In this document: positions 31,761 to 43,135 of the stretch, in pieces
How the letters are laid out: every line of letters begins with the position of its first letter
Position numbering within the stretch: position 1 is the first letter of the stretch
Source: an uncultured Nitrososphaerales archaeon
GTDB lineage: Archaea; Thermoproteota; Nitrososphaeria; Nitrososphaerales; Nitrososphaeraceae
Direction: 5' to 3'
Assembly: GCA_963709405.1 (NCBI GenBank)
Contig: CAVPXM010000055.1
Span: forward strand, 128,001-192,000
DNA length: 64,000 nucleotides
Program-made: the position numbers and the translations under genes
Notes under the pieces: model-generated
What the model saw: the letters and a program-made list of their open reading frames with translations, nothing else
The model's database searches: none
Told to the model about the DNA's origin: nothing

Positions 31761-33158
31761 GTGAATATATACGATACACTCACGAAGGAATATCAGAGCT
31801 TACCATGCGATAGTAACGAAATAGGAATATATGTTTGTGGAGTTACCGTATACGATAGATCCCATATAGGACATGCAAGAACGATAGTCGTCTTTGATGT
31901 GCTTAATAGGTATCTAAAGTCAAAAGGTATTGCGACATATTTAGTAGAAAACTTTACAGATATAGATGACAAGATCATAAACCGATCTAGAATAGAAGGA
32001 GTCGAACCAAATGAATTGGCATCAAAATATATTCGGCTCTATTTCGAGGATTTCCATGCATTAAATGTTGCGGATGCGAACATGCACCCACGTGCTACTA
32101 ATCATATTAACGAGATCATACAAATTATTTCAGGGTTACTTGCCAAAGGCTACGCGTATTTGTCTACAAATGGCGTATACTTTAGGGTGAGATCGTTTGC
32201 AAGATACGGTGAGTTGTCTAAAAAAAGTGTCAGCCAATTGGAAGCAGGTGCGCGAGTTGAAGTAGATAGGTCAAAGGAACATCCGCTTGACTTTGCACTC
32301 TGGAAATTTTACTCTGATCAACCTAGTTACAGAAGCCCGTGGGGCGATGGTCGGCCAGGATGGCATATAGAATGCAGTGCTATGGCACTAAAATATCTGG
32401 GCGAATCTATCGAAATTCATGGAGGGGGAAACGATCTTATTTTTCCCCATCATGAAAATGAAATTGCTCAGTCCGAGTCCTACACTGGCCGCAGGCTTGC
32501 AAAAATTTGGATGCATGTTGGAATGGTCACTATAAACACCGAAAAGATGTCAAAATCTCTGGGTAACATAATTTCAATAAGAGACGCCTTGCAAAAGTGG
32601 GGATCTAATACTATCAGATTGTTTTGTCTGTCAGTAAGATATACAAAACCATTAGATTATCAAGACTTGTTTCTGAAAGAAGCTGCTCAAAAATGGAAAC
32701 AAATTGAGAGCTGTACCTGGGAATTAGAGAACTGGACAGAAGGTTCATCCAGCACTGCTGATATGATCGCGAATTTGTGCACTCAAACAAAACGGTCGTT
32801 TGATCAAGCTATGGATAACAATCTAGATACCCCATCTGCGATTAGAGTATTTATGAAATTTGTGAATGAAATCAGTAGAATGGCGTCCGTGGATGCTATT
32901 CATGAGGAGGTTGTGATAAGAGCAAAGCCAATAATTCATTACATGCTGAATATTCTAGGCTTGAGGATCGCCTCGATAACACCTGAAGAAAGGAAACAAA
33001 TTGACAGCATGATCGAAATGAGGGAAAAATTACGAAAAATGCAAAAATATAAGGAAGCTGATTCTGTGAGAATTGAACTAGCAAACAAATATTCTGTCGA
33101 ATTAACAGATCACAAGTACAAAACTACATGGCGAAAACGTGAGTTTAGCGATATTTAA
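31761..33158 (+). CDS. cysS: Cysteine--tRNA ligase
   Basis: CGVTVY, HIGH, GWHIEC, KMSKS. Confidence 0.95.
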   Translation: MNIYDTLTKEYQSLPCDSNEIGIYVCGVTVYDRSHIGHARTIVVFDVLNRYLKSKGIATYLVENFTDIDDKIINRSRIEGVEPNELASKYIRLYFEDFHALNVADANMHPRATNHINEIIQIISGLLAKGYAYLSTNGVYFRVRSFARYGELSKKSVSQLEAGARVEVDRSKEHPLDFALWKFYSDQPSYRSPWGDGRPGWHIECSAMALKYLGESIEIHGGGNDLIFPHHENEIAQSESYTGRRLAKIWMHVGMVTINTEKMSKSLGNIISIRDALQKWGSNTIRLFCLSVRYTKPLDYQDLFLKEAAQKWKQIESCTWELENWTEGSSSTADMIANLCTQTKRSFDQAMDNNLDTPSAIRVFMKFVNEISRMASVDAIHEEVVIRAKPIIHYMLNILGLRIASITPEERKQIDSMIEMREKLRKMQKYKEADSVRIELANKYSVELTDHKYKTTWRKREFSDI

Positions 33159-33560
33159 TAGAACCAGTACCGTGCACTGTATTGTGGTAAAGTCGATCAA
33201 AAAACCAACTAGGGAGCGATTATTTTTGATGAAAATGGAAGCCCATAAAACTATCGATGGACCTTGTATCATGTTTGCTGAACTCTTCGGAAAGCGACTT
33301 ACCATTTAAGATATCGGCGGTGATCAACAGACAGAATCCGTAGTCTTGTCTAGAAAACCGTAGTGATAAACATCCTATCTGACTAAATTGAATAACCTAT
33401 GATGCCAACAATTTCAGCTGTGAATTAATTTGATTATTTTACTACTTAGTCGCAGATCCAATTTTTTGACATTATCGACCGGATCTATTGTTCTGAAGTC
33501 TTGAGATACTTGATTTGATCTACATGTACGGTTAGTTAAAAATGAGTAAAGTTTGATCGT

Positions 33561-34586
33561 TCAATTTTCAGCCTTTTCGGGCCACATCATTTGTCTAATG
33601 TCTCGACCAACCCTTTCGACCTGATGATCTTCGATTTCATTCATATACTTGGAAAAAGATCTCTTGTTGTCTTTCTTATACGCGTCCTGCCACTCCTGTG
33701 CAAACATGCCAGACTTTATTTCTTCTAGTATTTTTTTCATCTTCACTTTCGAATCGGCGTCGATGATTTTTGAGCCACGAGTGAGTCCGCCGTACCGAGC
33801 AGTCTCACTAACCCGTTGATACATTCCAGTGATGCCGTATTTTTGGATAAGATCTACAATTAGCTTAAGCTCATGGAGGCATTCAAAATAAGCAACCTCA
33901 GGCTGATAGCCAGCCTCTACTAAAGTTTCGAAGGCACTTATAATTAATCTGGGACAGCCACCACATAGGTCAACCTGTTCTCCGAACCAATCAGTCTCAA
34001 CCTCTTCTTTGAACGTGGTTTGGAATACGCCTGGTCGAGTACTTCCTATTGCTTTGGCAATTGCCAATACCCTCTCCCAAGCCTTTTGAGTATAATCCTG
34101 ATAAACAGCTACTAAGGAAGGTGTGCCAAAGGATTGTTGGTAAAGCTCTCTGACCAGCTGACCTGGACCCTTTGGTGCGACCATGATGACATCCACGTCT
34201 TTAGGTGGGCTAATCCAGTTCCAATGTACCGCAGCACCGTGCGAGAAGCTTAACGCATTTCCTTTTTTCAAAAATGGGGCTATCTCCTTTCTGTATATTT
34301 CAGCCTGTTCCATATCAGGTATCAAAATATGAATTACATCTGATCTTTTGGTAGCTTCCGGTATGGTAACGACATTATGACCATCGTTTTCAGCAGATTT
34401 CCAGCTATTTCCATCCTTCCTAAGCCCAACCAATACGTTTAGCCCTGAATCTTTCATATTTTTTGCTTGGGCTGATCCTTGAATACCGTAACCGATTACG
34501 GAGAATGTCTGGCCCTTTACCCAATCCAAGTTAACGTCTTTATCTAACCATTTCTTCGCAGACAACAAAAGAACTTTGTACGCCAT
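33561..34586 (-). CDS. ilvC: Ketol-acid reductoisomerase
   Basis: GYGIQG, APKGPG, ETDWFGEQ, ECLHE. Confidence 0.95.
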   Translation of the reverse strand: MAYKVLLLSAKKWLDKDVNLDWVKGQTFSVIGYGIQGSAQAKNMKDSGLNVLVGLRKDGNSWKSAENDGHNVVTIPEATKRSDVIHILIPDMEQAEIYRKEIAPFLKKGNALSFSHGAAVHWNWISPPKDVDVIMVAPKGPGQLVRELYQQSFGTPSLVAVYQDYTQKAWERVLAIAKAIGSTRPGVFQTTFKEEVETDWFGEQVDLCGGCPRLIISAFETLVEAGYQPEVAYFECLHELKLIVDLIQKYGITGMYQRVSETARYGGLTRGSKIIDADSKVKMKKILEEIKSGMFAQEWQDAYKKDNKRSFSKYMNEIEDHQVERVGRDIRQMMWPEKAEN

Positions 34587-34731
34587 CTATATATGCTGTA
34601 TGAATTTTTCGATCAGCCGTTACTTGCACAGCCTTAGACAAGTGCAGATCTGTTAGGACGGAAAAGCGACAAAGGACATAAAGATTAATTTCAGTCAATT
34701 TCAGTACCAGTACCATGCTATACAAAGCGTC

Positions 34732-35706
34732 CTATCGATGTTTAGAAACTTTGTATGCTTTTACAAGGTCAACAAAATAAAAAAGGTATGCTCGATCGGC
34801 TATTTTCAATATCCACGGGATAAAAGTTTCTGTCTTTTTAGTCTTTTCAAAAATCTCAAAACCTGAATCACACAAAAGAGTCCTAAATGCGCTACCATCT
34901 AATTGGATCTTTGGTTTAGGTTCCCGTTTGTAATCATAAGGATCGGCAAAGATAACGTCAGCATGCGGTTTGAGAAGCCAGTGTATCGAAGATAGTAGTT
35001 TATTGGGCTCTACCAACTCTAACAAATTTAGGACTAGAATCAGATCAAATTTCATGGCTCCAAATGGAGGATCAATTGAATCAGCGACGCAAAATTCTGA
35101 GTTTTTGATATTTGATAGCGCCATTCTCCTCCTTGCCTCCTTGACAGAAGAGAATGATAAGTCTATGCCTATGACGAAAGAGTACTTTTGGGAGAGTTCA
35201 AGAGTAGTATACCCCATTGAGCATCCTAAATCAAGTGCTATTCCTTCCGTTCTGATTGGCAACGGCCCTATGATTTTATCATATAGATCGGTGGGTTTAA
35301 TATCTCGCTTCAGAAGTTTGAGAAAATAATCATCTGGAGTGTAATCGTATTGGGCCCATTTATACGGGGCAAACCAGTAACCATCTTCTTCGTAGCGATC
35401 ATTAGAAACTAGATCAGGAATCAGTCTAGGTGCTATATTTTTGAGAAAGTCCTTCATTTCTGAGGTCCTACTTTGCAACAACCACCTTCCGTATGCATTC
35501 CCCCTATTGCTAGCATACTTCACAAAATCCTTAACTAATATAGGAACCCCTTCAAGTATAGGATATTGTGTATTGCATAACTCACACCTTAATAATCCTT
35601 CGATGCACTCATTTTCGCCTTCTACGCTAAGCGAACTTAGGACTAGCTTAATCTGCTTATCACGATGGTGCAGGCATTTTAGATGATTAATGAACCTTAT
35701 ATTCAT
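34732..35706 (-). CDS. Class I SAM methyltransferase with N-terminal Trm112-like domain
   Basis: LRCELC..YPILEGVPIL; LDLGCSMG. Confidence 0.8.
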   Translation of the reverse strand: MNIRFINHLKCLHHRDKQIKLVLSSLSVEGENECIEGLLRCELCNTQYPILEGVPILVKDFVKYASNRGNAYGRWLLQSRTSEMKDFLKNIAPRLIPDLVSNDRYEEDGYWFAPYKWAQYDYTPDDYFLKLLKRDIKPTDLYDKIIGPLPIRTEGIALDLGCSMGYTTLELSQKYSFVIGIDLSFSSVKEARRRMALSNIKNSEFCVADSIDPPFGAMKFDLILVLNLLELVEPNKLLSSIHWLLKPHADVIFADPYDYKREPKPKIQLDGSAFRTLLCDSGFEIFEKTKKTETFIPWILKIADRAYLFYFVDLVKAYKVSKHR

Positions 35707-36126
35707 AAGAATCTACTAGATTATATGATCGACAACGTTGGTACGTAAGAACGTTTGCAAATGTGTATGCGACAAAGATGAAAATGAGAAGTTCTACAAA
35801 GCAGGTAGAGATAATATTCTATCGTAGTACTGGAATTGGTCAAAAGAGATGCTGCCAGAAGCTTCGTTGGTTTTGAGATTAAGCTGCGATTTTGAGGAAT
35901 TGGTCAAAATAACGGCCAAATCGAAGGATTATATTCATCATTTCCGTAACGAAGGCTCTGACATTTCGATTGCAGAGGCAATGAAGGTACGACTTGTGTA
36001 AATCGTACCACACGCAGAACGACACACACGGAATTAGATCCTCGGAAACATTGTTGGAAAGATTTGGGAACGCAGCGATCATCGTAAAATCTGCTCCATT
36101 GGTTTCTGAATCGAAAGGACGTTGCA

Positions 36127-36327
36127 GTGACTATGTTAGAAGATTCCCTGTCAAAAATTGTACGAAAACACCTAACAGAAATCCTGAGCGAAATGCCAAG
36201 GTCTACTTTGGAAACTCATGTCAAGGACACCCAAGGCTCGTCCGATCATTATTTCATAGAAGGGATAATGGAAACTATTGATAGTATTGATAAGCACACA
36301 CAAATGGCTGAGTACCTGTTCAAGTAA
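36127..36327 (+). CDS. Hypothetical protein or remnant
   Basis: 66-aa ORF in an intergenic gap; no motif recognised. Confidence 0.35.
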   Translation: MTMLEDSLSKIVRKHLTEILSEMPRSTLETHVKDTQGSSDHYFIEGIMETIDSIDKHTQMAEYLFK

Positions 36328-36596
36328 TTTCAAGATGAGATCACAACACATAGTTACATAGGCAGATTTTTTTATTACAGCAAGGGCATTTCTTACCAAA
36401 ATGAATAAATGTACATCTCTTCCCGTGCAGTTCACATAGTAAAATCTTATAATGATCTACGTCTGCATCTGTATATTTATGCATTCGAACCGTACTAGCG
36501 GTGAATATTCATTAAGATAGCATGCGAACTACTTTGGAGAATCCAGCTAAAAAAGATGTACTAACCTAATATGTATTTTAATACTTCCGTTAGTAA

Positions 36597-37484
36597 TTAC
36601 TTTCTATATCTCTCTCGGGGTAATGCCCCGAATACGTCGTAGATTTTTGAATAAGATAAATCAAGGTCTACATTTCTGGCTAACGCTGCCTTTGTATCCT
36701 CAATCAATGACTTGATTTTTGGCTTGTCGCGATTAAAGATGTACTCAGCAAGGATCGCGGATTGTGAATTGTATCTTTTAACGAGATCAAATGCGAGTGG
36801 GTTTTCTACTAGTAGTGAGGTGATCAAACTGGACTCGTCAGACAACATACTTTCACTCAGTAACGATTGTATTGCAAAACTGGTACCTGATAACGCCTTT
36901 AGAGTGGCTATATCCTGACCAGCTAAAATCCCTGCAAATAGAATATTTATGTAGTACACCAATGACAGTAAGACAGACATATATTCATCGTGAATTTTCC
37001 AATCTTTAATAATAATGATTTTAATATCTGGAAAAAGACCGTACAGAATGTGAAGTTCTATTTTTTTATTCTTGACTGGTATCATTAATATTTTTCGTGT
37101 ATTTCGCTTGACCGACCCTGGGCCAAACATCGGATGGATACAAAGCAAATTAATGCGTCGCTTTATTTGTTTGAGAGCTCTATATGTATTATATTTGACA
37201 GAAGAAATCTCTATCAAAGAAGCACCTATACGCATAATGGCGGCACACTTTCGTATCATGACAGAAGTCTCGTTAAGAGGAACGCAAATGATAACTACGT
37301 CTGCGTGCGCAACGCATTCGTTTAACGATTTACATACGATAACCCCAGAGTAACCATATGCACTGTTAGATCGTATGTCAAATACTAGTAGAGAATTTTG
37401 AGTCTTTGACAAATATCTAACAAACCAATGACCCATTTTCCCTAGGGCGCCGACGATTCCGATTGTTCTTGACGACGAAGCTAT
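36597..37484 (-). CDS. tyrA: Prephenate dehydrogenase
   Basis: GIVGALGKMG Rossmann motif (upstream of first ATG), EISSVK, HPMFGP; start uncertain. Confidence 0.85.
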   Translation of the reverse strand: MASSSRTIGIVGALGKMGHWFVRYLSKTQNSLLVFDIRSNSAYGYSGVIVCKSLNECVAHADVVIICVPLNETSVMIRKCAAIMRIGASLIEISSVKYNTYRALKQIKRRINLLCIHPMFGPGSVKRNTRKILMIPVKNKKIELHILYGLFPDIKIIIIKDWKIHDEYMSVLLSLVYYINILFAGILAGQDIATLKALSGTSFAIQSLLSESMLSDESSLITSLLVENPLAFDLVKRYNSQSAILAEYIFNRDKPKIKSLIEDTKAALARNVDLDLSYSKIYDVFGALPRERYRK

Positions 37485-38861
37485 CGTGAAGACCAGATCC
37501 TCTCAAATTTTTCCAGCCCTTCAGAAAGCAAAGTCTCCGGCTGACAGGCGGATAGTCTTATGAAATTGTGGTAAAGACTTCCAAAACCGCTTCCAGGCGC
37601 AACTGCCACTCCTGACTGCAAGAGCTTTTCTACAAGGGATAAATCCTGATTTTCTGACCTTGCTGCAATCTTCGGAAAAACATAAAAAGAACCATCGGGT
37701 TTCATGCACGGTATAGATAATCGGCGAAAGCTATCCATAATCAAATCAATCCTTCGATCAATAAGCTGAGTATTGTCTTCGACTTTGCTTTTAAGAGCAG
37801 CTAAGGCGCAATATTGAATGGGTTCCGACACACTTGTTAATGCTAATGCTTGGACATTTGCGATCTTTCGTATGATATCTTTTGAAGCAACAACGTACCC
37901 GATCCTGAACCCAGTCATAGCAAAGCGTTTTGAAAAGCTAGAAATCATGATGTTTTTCTCGTATTGGTACTCCAGAATGCTTCTGAATTTTGTAAATATA
38001 CAACCCGAGTAAACCTCATCACTAAGTAGATAGATACCATTCTCCTTTGCAATGCGATGTATCTTTTCGATTACTTTCTCTTCCAAAATTTTTCCAGTAG
38101 GGTTGTTAGGATAATTTATCACTATCATTCTTGTATTAACATTAATCATTGATTCAAGCTCATTAACACTTGGAGTCCACGCGTCTTCAAGAGTTGTTCT
38201 TAACGCTCTTAACCTTGCACCGATAAAATTTGTACAATCCCTGTAAGCAGGCCAGGCGGGTTCAACCGATATCACTTCCTCGTCAGGTCGTATTAATGCT
38301 ACTATGGCTGCAAAGACCCCAAATCTTGCACCAGGTGTGACAACGACATTCTCATCGCTTACGCCATACCCTACGTCTTTGGCTATATTTTGTCGTAATT
38401 TAGGTATTCCAGCAGTCTCGGTATAATGATAATGTCCAGAATCATAAGCATCAACCAATGCGTTGCGTGTAGCTGATTGGAGCTTGAAAATCTGGTTCCC
38501 CAACTTCCATATGTATGATGCGTTTACCAGTCGCTTCCATTTGCCTGGCTTTATTAAATATGCTCAAATGTGTTTGTTTTCCGTCATTCTGCTGCGTTTC
38601 TTGGATCCTAACAGATCCTGCAAGTAATATATTGAGTAGTCGGCTAGCAAAAGTTGAATCTAATCCAATTTCTTTGCATAACGACATCACCGATCTCCTA
38701 ATATCGTCTTCAGCATTCTGATCGATTATGTCTATAAAGAGATCTGACTTAATCGCACCTATCTCTTCGGAAATCTCCATCCTCTTTTGAACCTTGAGAA
38801 ATATATCATTTGTTATGTCTCGCATTTGATTCCTCAATTTCTCCAGCTCCGTGTTGGTCAA
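37481..38861 (-). CDS. Chorismate mutase / class I aminotransferase fusion (frameshift near 38480)
   Basis: AroQ-like N-terminus then HMEVGEPDF; NYPNNPTG, SDEVY, SFSKRFAMTGFRIG. Confidence 0.85.
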
Positions 38862-38868
38862 TGTTATG

Positions 38869-39969
38869 TCACCTCTTTAACACTGGAGGAACCTGTCCGC
38901 ATCTAATTGCGTGATCCGCTAAGACCATGGAAACCATTGACTCAACTACTGGCGCTGCTCGAGGCACTACACAAGGGTCATGTCGTCCTGGAACGCTCAA
39001 TTCTACCTCTTCGCCGGTGGACAGGTTGAGCGTTCGTTGGGGCTTTAAAATCGAGGCTGCTGGTTTAAATCCTATTCTAATAATAAGAGGCATACCATTT
39101 GACAAACCACCTAAAATGCCTCCAGAATTATTGGTCTTTGTTACTATTCTATTTCCGACCTTATAAAACGAATCATTATTTTCTGAACCATGAAGAGAAC
39201 AACCTTTAAACCCTGAACCAAATTCAACTGCCTTTACAGCTGGTATGCTAAATAGAGCTCTACTAAGATCGGATTCTAAAGAGCCAAAGATTGGCTCTCC
39301 CAAACCAACTGGCAGTCCAATAGTCATGGATTCGACAATTCCTCCAAGAGAATCTCCTTCTCGTCTAGCTTTTAAAATTGCCTCCCTCATCTCTATCGCT
39401 ATTTTGATATCCGGGCATCTAATATCATTTGCATATCTATTCTTCCGTGCGTCGTCGAGCTGTACGTCTTCCAAGGAGATGTTCCCTATTTGTTTTGTGT
39501 ACGCTAAGGTCTCAACTCCAAGGGTATGATGCAATAGCTTCTGGGATACAGCACCTGCCATTACAAAGGTGGCCGTCAATCTACCAGAAAACCTTCCGCT
39601 TCCTCGATAGTCTGCGAATCCTCCATACTTGATGAGAGATGTATAGTCAGAATGTCCTGGTCTTGGGATCATTCTCATAGCATCATAAGTTCTAGAGTCA
39701 GAATCTTTGTTCCAAATTATCATGCATATCGGCGCTCCTGTCGTTATATTATTAAACAGACCTGAAAGGATCGTGACTTTATCTGCCTCCATCCTTTGGG
39801 TAGACACCACAGATTGTCCTGGCTTCCTCTTATCCAGTTCTTGCTGAATGTCAGATTCGGTCAGCGGTAAACCCGCAGGGCAGCCATCAATCACCGCACC
39901 TATGCAAATACCATGGCTTTCTCCAAAACTCATGGTTACAAATCGTTCACCAATCAAATTCCCCGGCAT
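38869..39969 (-). CDS. aroC: Chorismate synthase
   Basis: FGESHG, PRPGHSD, GGILGG, RHDPC. Confidence 0.95.
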   Translation of the reverse strand: MPGNLIGERFVTMSFGESHGICIGAVIDGCPAGLPLTESDIQQELDKRKPGQSVVSTQRMEADKVTILSGLFNNITTGAPICMIIWNKDSDSRTYDAMRMIPRPGHSDYTSLIKYGGFADYRGSGRFSGRLTATFVMAGAVSQKLLHHTLGVETLAYTKQIGNISLEDVQLDDARKNRYANDIRCPDIKIAIEMREAILKARREGDSLGGIVESMTIGLPVGLGEPIFGSLESDLSRALFSIPAVKAVEFGSGFKGCSLHGSENNDSFYKVGNRIVTKTNNSGGILGGLSNGMPLIIRIGFKPAASILKPQRTLNLSTGEEVELSVPGRHDPCVVPRAAPVVESMVSMVLADHAIRCGQVPPVLKR

Positions 39970-40120
39970 ATTCCTATCCTCCTCAACCTTCTGTTATGTT
40001 ATAGGATCTCCTTTGACTCAGCTCTGATATATATAGTCAATCTCGTATCGTGAGGCAATTAAGGTGGCCTCGAAAATATCCTTCTATCGGGTGTCTTTAC
40101 GAGATAAAGGTGGTCCTATT

Positions 40121-41446
40121 CTATATCGGTATATCAGGCAAGGTTGTAATATCGGCTCCTAATCTTTTCGTTTCATTAATAAAGTGGGGATACGAAACGT
40201 CAACTGATTCGGCCCCACCTACTGTAGATTGGTTAGTAAGCATTGAAGCGATAGCAAAGGCCATAAATAATCGATGATCATTATGAGCGTCCAACGTCGC
40301 ACTTTTTAAATTCTTGGGCGCACTTATTGTAAGTCTATCAGATTCTTCTTTTACGGAAACCCTCATTTTTGCAAGCTCTTGTGATATTATTGCTAACCGG
40401 TCTGTCTCCTTTAATCTGGTGTGTTCAATACCCTCGATGCAAACTGGTGAAGATGCCTTTAAGGCCAATATAGAAACTACTGGTAATAGGTCAGGACTGT
40501 CAGTAAGGTTAAAATGCCCTCCATCCAGCGTTTCACAACCATAGATCGTGGCCTCTCCTTTGTTGGTATCAATCATAATCCTACCTCCCATTTGTTTAAT
40601 AATACTAATGATTTTTGAATCCCCTTGAGGTAATTGAAAATCCAGTCCTTCAATGGTGAGTTGGCTACCTACTAGAATACCGGCAGCCATTAGGAGAGCA
40701 GCAGATGAAAAATCAGACGGTACGTTGAACGTCGTTGCTTGATAAGTTCCAGGATTAGTGGTTATAGCAGTCTCCAAGCTTCCATTAACTTTGGCACCAA
40801 ACCTGTCCATCGTAGTGATCGTTGCATCTATATATGGCCTTGATACTTGTCGCCCGTAAATCTCAATCGTAGTTGGCGAATCGGCTCGCACACTAGTAAT
40901 GAGCAACGAAGATACAAACTGGCTTGAGATATTTCCTGGAACCTTTGCTGTTCCTCCTCTCATGCCTCCTCCCTTTGTAATCAGAGGGGGAGTACCATCC
41001 AGTTTTGACGAAAAACATTTAACTCCTAACTGCCGTAAGCCAAGAATAAGCGGATTCATAGGACGTCTTCTTAAACTGTCATCACCGGTCAATATTGTAA
41101 AACCTCCGCTTGTCAAAGATGATATCGCAGCGATTATTCTTATTGTCGTTCCCGAGTTCTCTGCGTCAATGACATTTTCCGGAACCTCTAAACGATCACG
41201 TCCTTTTATCGACAAGATATCATTTTCATAGTGAATCTCTACTCCCAAAGCCTTGCATGCATAGACAGTGGCCAAAGTATCCCGTGCTAATAATGGATTT
41301 CTGATTGTTGAGATGCCATCAGCAACTGAAGCTATAGCTATCGCTCTATGAGTATAACTCTTGCTTGCAGGACACCGAATCTTTCCACAAAGTTCTGATC
41401 TTTTAACAATAATACTAGTCAAGTACTTCCACGTTTGCTTTCTCAT
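40121..41446 (-). CDS. aroA: EPSP synthase
   Basis: SKSYTHR, NSGTT, SSQF, KETDR, DHR; start approximate. Confidence 0.93.
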   Translation of the reverse strand: MRKQTWKYLTSIIVKRSELCGKIRCPASKSYTHRAIAIASVADGISTIRNPLLARDTLATVYACKALGVEIHYENDILSIKGRDRLEVPENVIDAENSGTTIRIIAAISSLTSGGFTILTGDDSLRRRPMNPLILGLRQLGVKCFSSKLDGTPPLITKGGGMRGGTAKVPGNISSQFVSSLLITSVRADSPTTIEIYGRQVSRPYIDATITTMDRFGAKVNGSLETAITTNPGTYQATTFNVPSDFSSAALLMAAGILVGSQLTIEGLDFQLPQGDSKIISIIKQMGGRIMIDTNKGEATIYGCETLDGGHFNLTDSPDLLPVVSILALKASSPVCIEGIEHTRLKETDRLAIISQELAKMRVSVKEESDRLTISAPKNLKSATLDAHNDHRLFMAFAIASMLTNQSTVGGAESVDVSYPHFINETKRLGADITTLPDIPI

Positions 41447-42257
41447 TGTTCAATTTGGAAGCAAGTACTCTCCCATCGTATCGCGCAAGCACATCCATTA
41501 TATTGTTCCTGTTCTCTTCTGAAGTTACAGCTGCTATGGATGGGCCATTACCAGAGATCGATGCTGACAGTGCACCGGCTCTGAGCGCGTCCATCATAGG
41601 CCGGGAATCAATTCCTGAGACGCTCGACATTATTACTCCATTTAAATTCATGGCCTTCCAATAGTTTCCAGCCATCGCTAAATTAAATGAATCGAAAAAG
41701 AGATCAGACATAATCGGGAGGCGATGCATGAAATTTCCTCTTTTTTGATGTGATGGCAAGAATATCAAGGCGTAAAGATCTTCAGGGGCTCTCTCCAATT
41801 TGATTATTTCACGTAAATAGTTGTTAGTAATAACAAAACCTCCGTAATAACATGCGGCTGAATCATCAAACGCACCCGTGATAGTGACACCAGCTTTGAC
41901 AGAAGCTGTTACTGCTGAATTCAATACAAATTTATCATCTATATTAGTCTGGACAAGTTTTAGACATGCCAGAGATAGTGCGCTGGTAACAGCACTTGAG
42001 CTTTTCAAACCATAGCCTGGAGGGATTTCAGATAATATACGAATTTCTACTTCATTCTGTGAAACGATATTTTCTGGCAGGATCGTTAAAGCCACATCTT
42101 CAAGTAACTCTTTACCTAATTCCGACTGAACTCTGATCCCGCTTCCGTTCGAGAGACCGACTTCTGCAACAACTCGTAGGGAAATTCCTACAGCAGAGCC
42201 AAATCCTGTAGCGATTGCGTTTACGATCGATATTGCTCCATGCACTGTCGCCCTCAC
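41415..42257 (-). CDS. aroK: Archaeal (GHMP) shikimate kinase
   Basis: GAISIVNAIATG, GLKSSSA, TGAFDD, SGNGP. Confidence 0.92.
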   Translation of the reverse strand: MRATVHGAISIVNAIATGFGSAVGISLRVVAEVGLSNGSGIRVQSELGKELLEDVALTILPENIVSQNEVEIRILSEIPPGYGLKSSSAVTSALSLACLKLVQTNIDDKFVLNSAVTASVKAGVTITGAFDDSAACYYGGFVITNNYLREIIKLERAPEDLYALIFLPSHQKRGNFMHRLPIMSDLFFDSFNLAMAGNYWKAMNLNGVIMSSVSGIDSRPMMDALRAGALSASISGNGPSIAAVTSEENRNNIMDVLARYDGRVLASKLNNEKANVEVLD

Positions 42258-42271
42258 TAGCCTCTTCAGAT

Positions 42272-43135
42272 TTATTCACCGTAAGGGCCGAGCAAAGACT
42301 TCTTCATTATCTCCACAGGAGCTGGAATTCCGGTCCAAATTTCAAAAGATTTCGCACCTTGTTCCAGCAGCATCTCATATCCGTACACCGGGATTGCCCC
42401 GGCTTGTTTAGCATTCTTAAGAAGTTCAGTAACTACCGGCCGATAGACAACGTCATAGACTATACTACCTTTTGAGATATGTCGAAAATCGATGAGGGTC
42501 TTCTCGTTATGCATTCCCAATGGTAACGTATTGACTATCATATCAGCTCGACCCGAAAACAACTGCACATCACCCAGATTCAACGACTCGCAATTTGCTC
42601 CCATTGTATTTCCAATCCTTGCCAATTCTCTAGCTCTGTCTTCACTCCGATTCGCGATTGATATCTTCAGTTTCTCTGTTTTGCTTGACAGCGCAGTAAC
42701 CACTGCACGAGCTGCTCCACCAGCTCCTAATAGCAAGACATTCAATCCGTTCAATCTAATCCCTCTCTTCAATAAAGGCTGGAGGAATCCGTCTACATCC
42801 GTATTATAGCCGTAGAGTATGCCGTCATGATTCAGAACCGTGTTTACTGCACCTGCTTTTCTCGCAACCTGATCCAAGACATCAATATATTTCAAAATAT
42901 TTGTCTTGTGTGGAATAGTGACATTGAACCCAGCGACCTTTACCTCCTTCAACGAACCTATAGATGCTTTCAATTCCGAATACGCGACCTTGTAGGCAAT
43001 ATACGTGCATCTTAACTTCAGAAAATTGAAGGCAGCGTTCTGCATTACTGGGGATAAGGAATGCTCTATGGGATCACCAATTATGCAATACGTCTTAATG
43101 GATTTCTCCAATTCCATTCTTCGTAAACATTCCAC
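42272..43135 (-). CDS. aroE: Shikimate dehydrogenase
   Basis: HSLSP, NVTIPHK, NTD, GAGGAA; start approximate. Confidence 0.93.
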   Translation of the reverse strand: MECLRRMELEKSIKTYCIIGDPIEHSLSPVMQNAAFNFLKLRCTYIAYKVAYSELKASIGSLKEVKVAGFNVTIPHKTNILKYIDVLDQVARKAGAVNTVLNHDGILYGYNTDVDGFLQPLLKRGIRLNGLNVLLLGAGGAARAVVTALSSKTEKLKISIANRSEDRARELARIGNTMGANCESLNLGDVQLFSGRADMIVNTLPLGMHNEKTLIDFRHISKGSIVYDVVYRPVVTELLKNAKQAGAIPVYGYEMLLEQGAKSFEIWTGIPAPVEIMKKSLLGPYGE

